From Candidatus Bipolaricaulota bacterium (lineage in GTDB: Bacteria > Bipolaricaulota > Bipolaricaulia > UBA7950 > UBA9294): a DNA stretch of 29,804 nucleotides. The stretch spans positions 1-29,804 of the forward strand of contig JBFMGK010000009.1 in the NCBI GenBank assembly GCA_040752575.1. The letters run 5' to 3'. Within the stretch, counting starts at the first letter, position 1, and each line of letters starts with the position of its first letter. The translations under genes and the position numbers were made by a program. Below the pieces are notes generated by a model, which was not told the DNA's origin, searched no databases, and saw only the letters and a list, made by a program, of their open reading frames with translations. Positions 29,301 through 29,804 of the stretch are shown piece after piece.

Positions 29301-29782
29301 CGGCGTTGGCGCTGATGCAGACGTTTGGGATGTCGTACGACGAAGCGGCGGCGCTGGTGGACGAGTACGGTGCGACGGCGATCTGGTCGGCGTTGCGCGG
29401 GGCGATGTCGTACGAGGACTTCGTGATCGCGCTGCTGGGGTACGGGGCGGAGATTCCGGCAGGGGGAGCGGGCGGAGGCGCCGAGGAAGGCGTTCCGTCG
29501 ACGTACCTGGTGGGGGATCTGGTGCCGTTCACCCTGATGCTGACGCACCCGGTGACGGGAGAGGTCGTCGAAGACGCGCTGGTGACGTACACGGTGGCGC
29601 TGGAGCTGGCGGACGGGACGTATCAGTTCGTGGCGTTCGGCGTTGTGCCGTACGACGAGGCAGTAGGAGGCTATGCGGCCTTGTGGGACACGACGGGCGC
29701 GGCGCCGGGGACCTACGACGTGTTCCTGGGATCGGACGACGGGCGGAGCGTGCACTACACGGTCGAGATCGTCGCCGAGTAG
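26315..29782 (+). CDS. Large secreted protein with right-handed beta-helix (pectin-lyase-like/NosD-like) modules; probable surface protein or adhesin
   Basis: Signal peptide MRWRSCLWFVALGIAIAAGAMA; beta-helix cap VPTDYTTIQAAVNGAAAGDTIVVAAGTY; repeated IxGNxI/NxxGI rungs; three N[WY]WG module ends; GGAGGAGG RBS. Confidence 0.85.
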   Translation: MRWRSCLWFVALGIAIAAGAMAGAATVNVPTDYTTIQAAVNGAAAGDTIVVAAGTYAESVTVNKTLTIRGEAGSVLQGAGSGNGFLIQGKDIAIEGFQIKGYLIGVRTYGGPSSYDTLALRDLAITGNAIGMQINRDGFSTLTIDGCQIKANTQEGMSVVDHLLGSQHVGTLLIQNSDVSSNGRHGFMLVRTKIDQLTIIDSKFDGATTAGFCGISFVSSPSQIGAFTMSGGSLSGNKGGGLYIVQVAHTLGSISLDGVAVQGNAESGITLGGGATTGSLAIRNSLFSGNAWEEFDLSGGWFGKFSVSGATTIQGNSFLRSGGTWVAIYVGNQAVFGSVPEINGNDIVGYGVENYASGLIDCSGNWWGSATGRVLAASAAYSPWLANSTSAATWTFVVDDVGTSPPQGYLQAALDQVRAGDAVLVKAGQYVTQAVVGVGVQIIGEPGAVVKAPGSTTYTIAESGNTFDPIVFAYGGTIAGVHVSGPEISQTDIAGLEIDGQNKAQASPRFVGILLRNVEGTIAGNTIHDLYDADGQGNGPQTFGILVYGDSDVSLLGNTISEFSRGGIGVLGDVVGWARGPLADPNALIQGNTVVGNGYEAGSGWWAENGIQIGYGATGEILDNTVMDCRVNNPSWSSTGILIVGSDDVLVSGNTVGGNDNGIAVMGLTAWGGGPATGNVLSHNDVVANEWGIGLQYDAVDTEISGNVITGNVGEGIYAYGDGGSAEPYGTIVRYNVVAGNGYGLVNWGVLGSLDAILNWWGSADGPWYDEDFDALPEYAGSGDSIYGAVIFSPWLGMNPDGDGGQVGVQLISPMLIIVDDVGPAPAEGYLGAAVGGANALAGHDTIEVRDGAYTATTAIADGVTIASAGGTGKTTIGGALSIDAGDVLIGGLGHGFSMYGPVTVGPGVDAATVHINWNDLYDVVTNNGLGWLDATFNYWGEDGPDTVGMVDTYPFLPETAETILGYMDEHGLTALEAMDFASFQNLYGNVRWSLAALALMQTFGMSYDEAAALVDEYGATAIWSALRGAMSYEDFVIALLGYGAEIPAGGAGGGAEEGVPSTYLVGDLVPFTLMLTHPVTGEVVEDALVTYTVALELADGTYQFVAFGVVPYDEAVGGYAALWDTTGAAPGTYDVFLGSDDGRSVHYTVEIVAE

Positions 29783-29804
29783 GGCAGCTACGAGGAGCCT
29801 TCTC

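Noticed and set aside
26810..29755. 981-aa minus-strand ORF
   Set aside because: Antisense shadow of the beta-helix gene; Arg/Val/His-rich and motif-free.

Overview
GC-rich bacterial chromosomal window with about 20 genes. I found no mobile element, CRISPR array, tRNA or rRNA. In order: the 3' end of an oligoendopeptidase F; a secreted amidohydrolase; a short-form alpha-glucan phosphorylase; a membrane HAMP-GAF-GGEEF diguanylate cyclase; a fused trehalose-6-phosphate synthase/phosphatase; an orphan lipoprotein; a complete oppABCDF-type peptide ABC operon; a TPR protein with a C-terminal membrane anchor; a 1183-aa fusion of an OppB-like permease, an OppC-like permease and an M28 peptidase-like domain; MscL with a CxxC..CxxC tail; a six-PAS HD-GYP protein; a DAG-kinase-family and acyltransferase pair; a PAS-PAS-GGDEF cyclase; and, divergent from it, a c-di-GMP-I riboswitch upstream of a 1155-aa secreted protein with three beta-helix modules. 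Best candidate for an undescribed system: the double-permease fusion, whose M28 domain appears to have lost most zinc ligands and the catalytic Glu and may act as a tethered peptide receptor. Second: a co-located c-di-GMP circuit (two cyclases, a phosphodiesterase, and a probable ON riboswitch) controlling a surface protein with a possible unrecognised C-terminal sorting domain. All calls come from motif recognition by eye; no searches were run, so novelty is unverified.
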